The position numbers and the translations under genes were made by a program. The notes under the pieces were generated by a model that was not told the origin of the DNA, did not search any database, and saw only the letters and a list, made by a program, of their open reading frames with translations. Positions 43,898 to 52,643 of a stretch of DNA of 64,000 nt are shown piece by piece (within the stretch, counting starts at the first letter, position 1; the number at the start of each line of letters is the position of its first letter). The stretch lies in the IMG/VR virus record IMGVR_UViG_3300025450_001231; one strand, 5' to 3'. Source of the DNA: a virus. Lineage: Duplodnaviria; Caudoviricetes.

Positions 43898-44860
43898 ATG
43901 AGCAATAAAACTCCTCCAAAAGCTACCCAAGTACAACCAAAACTTACTGGGGCAACACCAATTCCAAAGCTTACAAAAGCAATTATGCCTGTACCAGGTG
44001 CCGCAAAAACACAACCGCAAGCACCAGCAGGTCAACAATTTGACTTTACAAAAGTACACGTACATTTCGCAGTTCCTTGCTACGGTGGTATGGTTAGTGA
44101 ACCAACAATGACCAGCTTCTTGAGATTTACTCTTATTGCAGCCAAAGTAGGTCTTAACTGGAGTTTGGACACAATGGTTAATGAATCATTGGTAACTCGT
44201 GCACGTAATAACTTGTGTGCTAAGATGATGACCAACGATGCAGCAACACACTTTATGTTCATTGATGCTGACATACGTTTCGAGCCAGAAGCTATTTTTG
44301 GTATGATTGCAGCTGATAAAGATGTTATCGGCGGATTGTATCCTAAGAAATCATTGCCTATTGACTATGTTATTAACTTGAAAAACGGCGGACGTATTGA
44401 AGGCCCAATCTTCCAAGTTGATACACAAGGTACTGGATTCTTGTTGTTCAAGAAATCAGTATACAAGCAGTTGTGTGACAATCATCCAGAGTGCAAATAC
44501 GTTGATGACATTGGTTTAGGCAAGCAGTTTGAGCCATTTATGTACAGTATTTTTGATACTATCATCGACGAGCGTGGTCATTATTTGAGCGAAGACTGGA
44601 CATTCTGCCGTCGTTGGCAAGCAATGGGTGGCGATATTTGGGCCGATAGCCGTGTATTGTTGAATCACATTGGACACTATGAGTTCAAGGGCGATTTGGC
44701 AGCACTTGAGCGTAAAGGTCTCAAGCGTGTTGACACCAGCACTCCAGAGGGCAAAGCTGCAGTTGAAGCACAAATGGCCGCAGCGGCTGCTGCACAAGCC
44801 GAAGCTAATGCTGCCAGTGCATCTGCTGATGCTCCACAAACAGACGAAACCCCAGCTTAA
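43898..44860 (+). CDS. GT-A-type glycosyltransferase-like protein
   Basis: PCYGG, ESLVTRARN, FIDADI (DxD), LSEDW.FC..W...GG.IWAD. Confidence 0.75.
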   Translation: MSNKTPPKATQVQPKLTGATPIPKLTKAIMPVPGAAKTQPQAPAGQQFDFTKVHVHFAVPCYGGMVSEPTMTSFLRFTLIAAKVGLNWSLDTMVNESLVTRARNNLCAKMMTNDAATHFMFIDADIRFEPEAIFGMIAADKDVIGGLYPKKSLPIDYVINLKNGGRIEGPIFQVDTQGTGFLLFKKSVYKQLCDNHPECKYVDDIGLGKQFEPFMYSIFDTIIDERGHYLSEDWTFCRRWQAMGGDIWADSRVLLNHIGHYEFKGDLAALERKGLKRVDTSTPEGKAAVEAQMAAAAAAQAEANAASASADAPQTDETPA

Positions 44861-44870
44861 CTAATTTGGC

Positions 44871-44904
44871 TAAATACTGCAATATAATTAAATTATTGCA
44901 GTAT
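44871..44904 (+). promoter_or_regulatory. late promoter plus 11-bp perfect hairpin reaching the start codon
   Basis: TAAATA 44871-76; ATACTGCAATA 44874-84 / TATTGCAGTAT 44894-904. Confidence 0.75.
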
Positions 44905-47122
44905 GTACTCATTTGAACTATTTGAAGCTGGCGCAACCCGTATAGTTGTAACCTACCCCGGACGTTTTCAACCCTTCCATCAAGGGCACGCCGGGGTTTT
45001 TCACGCACTCCAAAAAAAGTTTGGTAATGACAATGTGTATATTGTTACCAGCAATGATCAAAGCAGTGCCAAAAGTCCTTTTAATTTCAGCGACAAATAT
45101 CAGTTAATGACTGCTGCAGGTATCCCTGCCAATCATATCATTGAAGGCAATCAAATGTACAAATTGCCCGAAGGTTTTGATCCTGAGACTACAGTATTTG
45201 TTACTGCAGTGGGTGCACCTGATGCCAAAAGATTAAACCCCGATTCTTATCTAAAGCGTGATAATGCTGCTTCAGGCAAAAAAGCCGGAGATCCCAGTTA
45301 CTTTTTAACTTGGGGGAAGAATGATGCAATGCCTGCTATGGAACACGGCTATGTAGTTGTAGTTCCTGAAATCAAAAAATCAATTGATATCGACGGACAA
45401 ACATACGATGTTAGCCATGGCACTGAATGCCGTAATCTATGGCTAAGACTAAAAGATAACGAAAAAGGTCGTGCAGAATTCCTAAAACAGTTGTATGGCC
45501 GTGCTACACCAGAATTAGCACACATATTTGATAAAATACAACCTGTTAGTGAAGATGAAATGCCTGACGGCGATTACAGTACTAGTCCTATACACGGCGG
45601 TAATGTAAGAGAAGATGCCAGTGGATATATTCCTAAGAATAAAAAAGAAGCACGCGATCCACGTTGGAGCAATGCACTAACCGTAGACGTGCATCCAGAC
45701 ACTCCAATGAAGAACCTACGTGCATTTAAGTTAGCAGAAACTGTCAACCCAGACGATTTTCATATACACGACACTGACAAGCTGGATCGTGTATTGGCAC
45801 ATTTGTGTAAAATGATTATACAAGGTCAACAGGATCGTCCGGACTACTACGGTATGGTTGCATCGGCAGTAATTGATCCAAAAAATCAAATTGCATTGGG
45901 TATAAATTATCTTGCCGACGAAGGCAAACGTGTGCACGGCGAACGTGCAGCTATAGACGAGTATAATAAAAAATACGGCGAGATTCCCGAAGGCAGTATC
46001 ATTGTTACTACACTAAGCCCTTGTTGCAGTCCAATGGATGAGCGTTACGGTGAAAGTTGCACAGACCTTATCAATGATACCAATGTACACAAAGTTTACT
46101 GTGGTTACAAAGATCCTTCACAAGAAGAAACAATTAAAAAATTATTCCATACTGCAGCTACTCGAAATGATAAACTACAGTCGTTATGCAAAGACTTTGC
46201 CGATACATTCTTGGGTGTAATCAGCGAAGACGAAGAAGGCGGCCGTGCAATGATGGGCAAGTTGGCTGACACAGGTAAGATTGTGCGCATACTGCGTAAG
46301 CAATATTCAGTGCCGTTTAGCCAAGAAAAAGAATGGTTATTGATTGATACTGACCCTGAAAAAGGCAATCGCGGCCTAGGTATCAAGTGGGTACCTGCTA
46401 GTACCAAGTTTACTTGGATTCGTCCTTTTAGAGAAAAGATTGACGAAAACAAAGACAGTTGGCAAAAACATAAAAATCCACGTGCAGGTGGAATGAGTAA
46501 AAAAGCAGTAAAAAGCTATCGTCGTAGTCATCCAGGCAGTAAAATCAAAACTGCAGTTACCAAATCTCCTAAGAAGATTAAAAAAGGCAGTGCAGATGCC
46601 AAACGTCGTAGTAGTTTTTGTGCACGTATGAAAGGTATGAAAAAGAGTCGTACCAGTGCTAAAACCGCACGAGATCCTAACAGTAATATAAACAAAAGCC
46701 TGCGTCGTTGGCATTGTAACGAAAGCATCAACTCTAATAGTGATGCAGAGTTTCCAAATTTATTGGCCAAGTTTTTGCCTATAGCAATGCAGGATTTGAA
46801 ACTTGATAAGTTGCCTAAAATCAAGTTGGAGAAACACATTCAAGACAAAGACGGACAAGCAACTTTTGGACGTTTTGTCAACAACACCTGTACTATACAC
46901 CTTGCTATAGCTGATCGTCATCCAGTGGATATTTTACGCACTTTGGCACACGAATTAACACACTACAAACAATATACACTCAATGAACTAACTTCTGGCA
47001 GTGGACGTACTGGTAGTCCTGAAGAAAACCAAGCACACGTTATGGCGGGTATTATTATGCGTCATTTTAACAAGAGTTTTCCCACTGGAGTTAACTTAAC
47101 TCCAATTGAATTAAAATCTTAA
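44903..47122 (+). CDS. multidomain late protein: nucleotidyltransferase + Zn deaminase + basic module + HExxH metallopeptidase
   Basis: YPGRFQPFHQGH; HGE...TTLSPC...C; RRSSFCARMKG; LRTLAHELTH. Confidence 0.75.
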   Translation: MYSFELFEAGATRIVVTYPGRFQPFHQGHAGVFHALQKKFGNDNVYIVTSNDQSSAKSPFNFSDKYQLMTAAGIPANHIIEGNQMYKLPEGFDPETTVFVTAVGAPDAKRLNPDSYLKRDNAASGKKAGDPSYFLTWGKNDAMPAMEHGYVVVVPEIKKSIDIDGQTYDVSHGTECRNLWLRLKDNEKGRAEFLKQLYGRATPELAHIFDKIQPVSEDEMPDGDYSTSPIHGGNVREDASGYIPKNKKEARDPRWSNALTVDVHPDTPMKNLRAFKLAETVNPDDFHIHDTDKLDRVLAHLCKMIIQGQQDRPDYYGMVASAVIDPKNQIALGINYLADEGKRVHGERAAIDEYNKKYGEIPEGSIIVTTLSPCCSPMDERYGESCTDLINDTNVHKVYCGYKDPSQEETIKKLFHTAATRNDKLQSLCKDFADTFLGVISEDEEGGRAMMGKLADTGKIVRILRKQYSVPFSQEKEWLLIDTDPEKGNRGLGIKWVPASTKFTWIRPFREKIDENKDSWQKHKNPRAGGMSKKAVKSYRRSHPGSKIKTAVTKSPKKIKKGSADAKRRSSFCARMKGMKKSRTSAKTARDPNSNINKSLRRWHCNESINSNSDAEFPNLLAKFLPIAMQDLKLDKLPKIKLEKHIQDKDGQATFGRFVNNTCTIHLAIADRHPVDILRTLAHELTHYKQYTLNELTSGSGRTGSPEENQAHVMAGIIMRHFNKSFPTGVNLTPIELKS

Positions 47123-47152
47123 TAAATATAGTATCATCTGGGATAGTATACA

Positions 47153-47659
47153 ATGAACAGCAAAGATTTTTTACACGAAGGTATTGCGGAAGACGCACAT
47201 CAAATGCACATGGATCACGAAGTGCAAATGGCCCGCGAAGAGCTTTATCACGCTGCAGAACACGCAATTGCTCTGCACAAAATGTTGCAACACGTTAGCG
47301 AGCAACAGGGATTGGAAGGCTGGGTAAGTGCTAAAATTACGCTAGCCAATGACTATTTGAATACAGTCCGTGAGTATATGGAATACCAGTTAATGACACA
47401 GGACTCAACTCCTACAGATATGAGCCAAGAAGAACCAATCGACGAGCGCAACTCCATTGTTACCAAGTTAGCTAAAAATCAATTGCGCGGACATTACAGA
47501 CACGGTGTTAGAGAAAATGCCAGTGGTGGTGCAAGCAGTGCAGGCAGTGTTGCTACTGTAGTCAAAGGCGGTAGTGGCAAAACAAATTTATTAGGCGGCC
47601 CAGAGTGGAATGGTCCTAATCCATTTAAGAAAACTATTAAGAAACGAGCTGCCAAATGA
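47153..47659 (+). CDS. probable internal virion protein
   Basis: TAAATA 47123; MNSKDFLHEG; DHEV.MA..L...WV..KIT.A.DY. Confidence 0.6.
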   Translation: MNSKDFLHEGIAEDAHQMHMDHEVQMAREELYHAAEHAIALHKMLQHVSEQQGLEGWVSAKITLANDYLNTVREYMEYQLMTQDSTPTDMSQEEPIDERNSIVTKLAKNQLRGHYRHGVRENASGGASSAGSVATVVKGGSGKTNLLGGPEWNGPNPFKKTIKKRAAK

Positions 47660-48396
47660 GTTCAATGAAGCAGTTATTGGAAGCAGTCGACAAATATACT
47701 TTTGCCGGTGAGCCCGAGCAAAAGCCTGGAGACCAAGTTCGAGGCACAGACAAAGCCAAGCCAAGAAAAGATCACCGTCATCCATTTGCTGGTAAGTTGG
47801 TGGGTGGATGCGAAGAAAGCATTATGCTTGAGCTGGACAAAACTGCCAAAGCTACTTCAATGATTCGTCGTGTCAAAGAAGCATACGAACAAGTTGAAAA
47901 TTCAGAACCCAAGGCAGCTCCTAAAGACACAGTTGCTAAAACTTGGAACCAATTGAATCGCCAAGAACGCACAAGCGGTGTTAAAGGTCGCACTATTTGG
48001 AATCCGAAAATTCGCAAATATCAAGTGGTGTTTGATGTTCCTGCAAAACCACAACAAGTTAAAGAATACGGTGCAACACCAGGTGCTCCCAGTACCACAG
48101 GTGGTGCACAAAACCCAGATGCACAAACTACAGCTGCAAATGTACAAAAATCAATGATGGCCAAAAATAATCTCAGTAAGATTGCATCGGTTGATAAGAA
48201 TATCAATCCACAACAGGCCAATCAAGCATTGATGGCAATGGGCAATAGTAAAAATACCAATACACCTATTACTGGTCCACAACTAAGACAAACCAAACAA
48301 CTGGCAGACTTGGTAGGCGATGCACTCAGTGATCCTACCAAAGGTAGCCAAGTTGCTAACTTATTGCAACAAGTAGCAAGAAAGCAAGGACAATAA
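47656..48396 (+). CDS. probable internal virion protein
   Basis: MSSMKQLLEA; HPFAGKLVG; Gln-rich C-terminus. Confidence 0.55.
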   Translation: MSSMKQLLEAVDKYTFAGEPEQKPGDQVRGTDKAKPRKDHRHPFAGKLVGGCEESIMLELDKTAKATSMIRRVKEAYEQVENSEPKAAPKDTVAKTWNQLNRQERTSGVKGRTIWNPKIRKYQVVFDVPAKPQQVKEYGATPGAPSTTGGAQNPDAQTTAANVQKSMMAKNNLSKIASVDKNINPQQANQALMAMGNSKNTNTPITGPQLRQTKQLADLVGDALSDPTKGSQVANLLQQVARKQGQ

Positions 48397-50393
48397 TGTT
48401 TATTAACGATTTATTTGATAACAAAAAAATACAAGAAGCTGCTAATGCTGCTCAACAGGCTGCAATTGCCATTAATATGAAAAAACATCATCAAAAGCCC
48501 AAGGATATGAAAGAGGCTGAAGTAGATGAAATGTTTGGTTTTATGAGTCCTAAGAAACCTAGTCCCACTGACTATGCAACAAAAGTAAGCAGTGCCCCTA
48601 AGAAGTTAACTAAACAAGACTACGACGAATTAATGAAGCAGTCAGAAAGACCAAAAGGAACACAGGTTGTATATCATAACAGAGATGAATATGTTAAAGA
48701 TATGCAAAGAAGAAATATCAAGCCAGCAACCATTGAAGAAGAAGATATTGCAGAAGGCGAACGCAATATGAGTCGTGCTGCTAAAGGTGTAATGAAATAT
48801 GGCAAGGATGGTATGAAGGCATTGGCCAAAGCAGGTAGAGAAGGTGCCAGCGACGAAAAATTAGACACTATACGTGACAAGTACGACCATTATAACGAAA
48901 GTGTAGCAGAAGATTCAGAAAAACGTTGTATGCAATGTGGTATGAAAAACTGTAGTTGTACACCAGGTAAATGCAAGTGTAAGCCTGTTGCAGGTTGGGT
49001 ACCAGGCAAAGGTTTTAAGAAGGCTATGGAAGAAGCTGCATTAAACGAAAAATGGAGTCAAAAATACAAGAGCAGTATTAATTGCTCACATCCAAAAGGT
49101 TTCAGTCAAAAGGCGCATTGTGCCGGTAAAAAGAAACACAATGAAGATATAACTATGGAAATGACCTGCCCTGATTGCGGTATGTGCCAAACACACGGCA
49201 ATCTTAACGAAATTAAAAAGGGTCAAAAAGATTCAAATGGATACACCAAATGTTGGCCTGGCAAACACGCAGAAGGTACTAAGAAATCTAGTGTTACAGG
49301 TAAACAAGTAAGAAACTGTGTACCAAACAAAGGTGTGAAGGAAGGCCATGCAGACCAACAACGCAAAATCTTTAAGAAGAATGGTAAGCCAGTAGGCGAA
49401 GTTGGTATTGACCGTGAATCAAGTCCTGGCAACGGCCAATGGTATATGAAATGTTATGCTTACGACATAGACAATGCGGGCTACGATTCATACGAAGAAG
49501 CCGTTGAAGAACTAAAACATTGCTTAAAGCAAGGTGTGGCGGAAGGTGGTGCTGAGACAAGTTGGTCTAATGACACAGATACGATTACACTACAGGATAT
49601 TTTAGAATTAACCAAACACATTAAACAAATAAATTTACCGATAAACGATAATCTAAAGAGTAAACTACTTCATTGGGAAGGTAACCCAGAAGAAATAGAA
49701 AGAGTTAATCAAGTAACGGTGTCTAATCAATTTCCTATTTTAATTATGGTAAATGAGCAAGGTCAAATAGAATGGATCCTTGATGGCAACCATAGACTAC
49801 ATAAAGCAATACAGTCCCAAGCAAAAACAATACCTGCTAAACTTATTAGACCCAACAATCTTAACGACAAAGCAAAGAAAATATTTAATATAAAAGAACA
49901 AGGTGTGGCGGAAGGCCATCCTGAGGACGACGATGATCACGAGTGTTATGATTGCCGCGGCACTGGCGAAGGCCAACACGAAGGAACCAGTTGCAGAACC
50001 TGTGGTGGTACTGGCGTAGCACGCCCAGATCACGAAGAAGATGATTCAGATTATGAAGAACGCTTAAATTATCGCAGAAGATTTAGAGAAAGTAAAATCT
50101 ATTATAATGTAGTAGGTACACCTGCTGCAGCATTGCGTGAACAGTTTGGTATGAGAAAAGACCGCAATGGTTGGTACTTGAAAGAAACTGCTGGCCGTAA
50201 GCGTATACTTGAGGCACACAAAGCATTTGGTAATCCTTTGACAGAAGGTATGAATCTAGCTGCTTATAATGGCAGTACTGCTATCATCGGCGACGGTAAT
50301 GCCATTAGTCCAGTGGGCAGTAATCCACGCAGACAACAAGAATTGATCCCTACACGAAATAGTAAAGCGAAGAAAAATGGAAGAATTAGTTAA
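48396..50393 (+). CDS. modular polyprotein-like late protein with ~12 Glu-bounded modules (incl. ParB-like and DnaJ-type zinc finger)
   Basis: KGVKEG and two QGVAEG junctions; ILDGNHR; CxxCxGxG...CxxCxGxG. Confidence 0.7.
   Translation: MFINDLFDNKKIQEAANAAQQAAIAINMKKHHQKPKDMKEAEVDEMFGFMSPKKPSPTDYATKVSSAPKKLTKQDYDELMKQSERPKGTQVVYHNRDEYVKDMQRRNIKPATIEEEDIAEGERNMSRAAKGVMKYGKDGMKALAKAGREGASDEKLDTIRDKYDHYNESVAEDSEKRCMQCGMKNCSCTPGKCKCKPVAGWVPGKGFKKAMEEAALNEKWSQKYKSSINCSHPKGFSQKAHCAGKKKHNEDITMEMTCPDCGMCQTHGNLNEIKKGQKDSNGYTKCWPGKHAEGTKKSSVTGKQVRNCVPNKGVKEGHADQQRKIFKKNGKPVGEVGIDRESSPGNGQWYMKCYAYDIDNAGYDSYEEAVEELKHCLKQGVAEGGAETSWSNDTDTITLQDILELTKHIKQINLPINDNLKSKLLHWEGNPEEIERVNQVTVSNQFPILIMVNEQGQIEWILDGNHRLHKAIQSQAKTIPAKLIRPNNLNDKAKKIFNIKEQGVAEGHPEDDDDHECYDCRGTGEGQHEGTSCRTCGGTGVARPDHEEDDSDYEERLNYRRRFRESKIYYNVVGTPAAALREQFGMRKDRNGWYLKETAGRKRILEAHKAFGNPLTEGMNLAAYNGSTAIIGDGNAISPVGSNPRRQQELIPTRNSKAKKNGRIS
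49530..49915 (+). repeat. 17-bp perfect direct repeat CAAGGTGTGGCGGAAGG flanking a 369-bp in-frame ParB-like module
   Basis: copies at 49530-49546 and 49899-49915; degenerate copy AAAGGTGTGAAGGAAGG at 49329. Confidence 0.9.
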
Positions 50394-50811
50394 AGCTCTC
50401 AAAATTGCATTTAGTACTGAATTCAGTTTCTATTTGAAAAGTCACTACTTTCACTGGAATGTGGAAGGTGCAGACTTTTTTGAATATCATCAATTGTTTG
50501 AAGCTATCTATAGCGAAGTTTACGAAAGCATCGATCCATTTGCAGAAAACATTCGCAAATTAGGCAGTTATACTCCTGGCAGCTACACACGCCTAAGTAT
50601 GCTGACACAAATTGAAGACGAAACCGATATTATTCCTGCTAAAGCAATGATTGCAGAATTATTGGAAGATAATGAAAAAATAATCAAAGTATTAAAACTG
50701 GTGTTCGAACTTAGCGAGCGCGAACGCGAAGCTGGACTCAGCAACTTTTTAGCCGAAAGAATGGATGCACATCGCAAACACGGCTGGATGTTGCGTGCTA
50801 GCTTAAAGTAA
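50377..50811 (+). CDS. dps: Dps/ferritin-like DNA starvation protein
   Basis: FHWNVEG..F...H..F..Y......D..AE.IR.LG; H.KH.WML. Confidence 0.92.
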   Translation: MEELVKALKIAFSTEFSFYLKSHYFHWNVEGADFFEYHQLFEAIYSEVYESIDPFAENIRKLGSYTPGSYTRLSMLTQIEDETDIIPAKAMIAELLEDNEKIIKVLKLVFELSEREREAGLSNFLAERMDAHRKHGWMLRASLK

Positions 50812-50888
50812 GACCTTGGCCTTAGGACCGGGAGGGCGGGTGCTGCCCAGAATGAAGGAATTCGCTACTCTTTTATTCCAAAGTGACC
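50812..50888 (+). ncRNA. candidate structured RNA element
   Basis: GGGCGG/CUGCCC hairpin 50834-48 and 10-bp hairpin 50850-78 with AUUCGCUAC loop; GC-rich intergenic. Confidence 0.4.
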
Positions 50889-50916
50889 TTGACTTTCTAA
50901 TTAAATATAGTATAAT
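50889..50916 (+). promoter_or_regulatory. sigma70 promoter
   Basis: TTGACT-16-TATAAT. Confidence 0.65.
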
Positions 50917-50939
50917 CAACTATAACTTTTAATTCAATT

Positions 50940-52040
50940 ATGATCATTTGGTTCAACTGTAAAATTACCGACGTAAGACTCAACCCTAACGTAATCCCCC
51001 GATACAATCTGCGCAACGACAATAGATACGATATTGCAAAATACAGCTTTGCCAGTTACGCACCATTACTACCATTAACTACTAAATTTATTTTTAATTT
51101 AGAACTAGCAGATGCATTTGCCGGCCGTGAAGCAGATATGCAGGCCTGGTTAGAAAGTATCTTTCCAGCAGATAGACTTAGCATTCATTGGTATAGAGCC
51201 AACACAAAAGAACAATGGCAAGCAGTCAAAGACGAAATGGATCAACTGGACGATGATCTAGTGTTCCCAATGGGTAATGAAGATCATATTTTTATGGACA
51301 GCAGTATTGAGATTATGTCTCGAGGATTAGACCTATTGCTTGCAGATCCAGATCCTTTTGCAGTTATCGGCACTAGCCATTATCCTGAAAGTATTCGTGC
51401 TTCCTATTTGGGACACGGTGCATTGACTGAGTGTAAGTCATATTTGGTTTGGAATTTTCCCTGCAATGATGCAATTCGCATTATGAAAAAAGAATTTTTG
51501 CAGTATTACATTACAAACTTTCCAGTTACCACAGGTCCAGTATTTAGAACAGAAAATTGGAATTCAGTAATGTTGCCTGACAACACAATGTATACTCCTA
51601 TCAAAGAACAGTTTAGACATTTTGATGGATATCATCACGTGGGCATCAATGCAGAAACTGCTCCACCTTTGGAAATTCCTCCAGGATTTTTTGAAAGTGC
51701 AATAATTGTTCGTTATGGATTCGATGATAATGATGCTAACAGTATCAACATCAATCCATTGGCAAAGAATTTATACGCTGCAGATATCAACGGTGCTGAC
51801 TATAAATTTACACTACAAGATATGCCATTATTTTGGTTGCCTTATATCAAAGAAATATTGTCTGCAGACAACATTGATCATCAAGCAATGGCCGAAGCTA
51901 GAGATCGATACTATATAGATTTGGCAAGAGTACACTTTAATTGGCCACATTTTAATCTAAGATTTGATGACTCAAATCAAATACCTTATGATTGGATTAG
52001 TCCAGTTATGATGGTAACCGAATTTGCAGAAGTAGATTGA
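50940..52040 (+). CDS. hypothetical protein, possibly glycosyltransferase-like
   Basis: 366 aa; GNEDHIFMD; FRHFDGY.H; no firm family. Confidence 0.6.
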   Translation: MIIWFNCKITDVRLNPNVIPRYNLRNDNRYDIAKYSFASYAPLLPLTTKFIFNLELADAFAGREADMQAWLESIFPADRLSIHWYRANTKEQWQAVKDEMDQLDDDLVFPMGNEDHIFMDSSIEIMSRGLDLLLADPDPFAVIGTSHYPESIRASYLGHGALTECKSYLVWNFPCNDAIRIMKKEFLQYYITNFPVTTGPVFRTENWNSVMLPDNTMYTPIKEQFRHFDGYHHVGINAETAPPLEIPPGFFESAIIVRYGFDDNDANSININPLAKNLYAADINGADYKFTLQDMPLFWLPYIKEILSADNIDHQAMAEARDRYYIDLARVHFNWPHFNLRFDDSNQIPYDWISPVMMVTEFAEVD

Positions 52041-52065
52041 CTTACTGCAGGTATTCCTGTACAAT
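52037..52065 (+). promoter_or_regulatory. sigma70 promoter of replication operon
   Basis: TTGACT-17-TACAAT. Confidence 0.75.
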
Positions 52066-52083
52066 AATTTTTTAGGAGAACTT

Positions 52084-52344
52084 ATGAGCGACCGTACATT
52101 CAATGGCGAGGCGAAAATTAAACTTACCCAATTAATCAATGAGGGTATGACTGTACTACAAGAAGTAGAAGATCTTACTGCTGGACTTAACGACACAGTT
52201 AAAGCAATCGCAGAAGAATTGGAAATTAAACCAGCATTGCTTAAAAAAGCAATTAAAATTGCACACAAGGCTAAATTAGGCGAGACCAATAAAGATCACG
52301 ACGAGCTTAATACTATTTTGGAAACTGTAGGTAAAACCCTTTAA
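52084..52344 (+). CDS. T4 DsbA-like dsDNA-binding transcriptional regulator
   Basis: helical 86 aa, AIAEELEIKPALLKKAIKIAHK; located just upstream of polB. Confidence 0.7.
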   Translation: MSDRTFNGEAKIKLTQLINEGMTVLQEVEDLTAGLNDTVKAIAEELEIKPALLKKAIKIAHKAKLGETNKDHDELNTILETVGKTL

Positions 52345-52643
52345 TGGATCAAATATCAAATGCATTTGTCGATATTTATAAATGGGCCGAGCGAGATTAT
52401 CGCGAGTGGCCACTGAGGTTCTGTGTTGAAATATTGGCTTGGGCTATTAGTATTAGTTGTAGCCTCACCATGGCTATTACAGTACCCAATCCTCCTCTTT
52501 TGGCTCTTTACCCTGTTTGGATATCTGGTTGCGCTATGTACGGTTGGGCTAGTTGGACTCGTGGAAGCTTTGGTATGCTTGCTAATTACTGTTTGCTTGT
52601 TAGCATTGACGCTGTGGGGTTATTCAGGATGATCACTCAATGA
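52344..52643 (+). CDS. small three-pass membrane protein
   Basis: hydrophobic 99 aa. Confidence 0.6.
   Translation: MDQISNAFVDIYKWAERDYREWPLRFCVEILAWAISISCSLTMAITVPNPPLLALYPVWISGCAMYGWASWTRGSFGMLANYCLLVSIDAVGLFRMITQ

Noticed and set aside
5906-49915. QGVAE repeats as a CRISPR array or Chi site
   Set aside because: Repeats are too short, dispersed and in-frame within genes, with spacers of hundreds of bp; sequence is not GCTGGTGG; no cas genes in the window
50821-50848. SRP (4.5S) RNA resemblance, UUAGGACC-GGGA-GG
   Set aside because: Lacks the conserved AGCAG strand of domain IV and the long flanking helix
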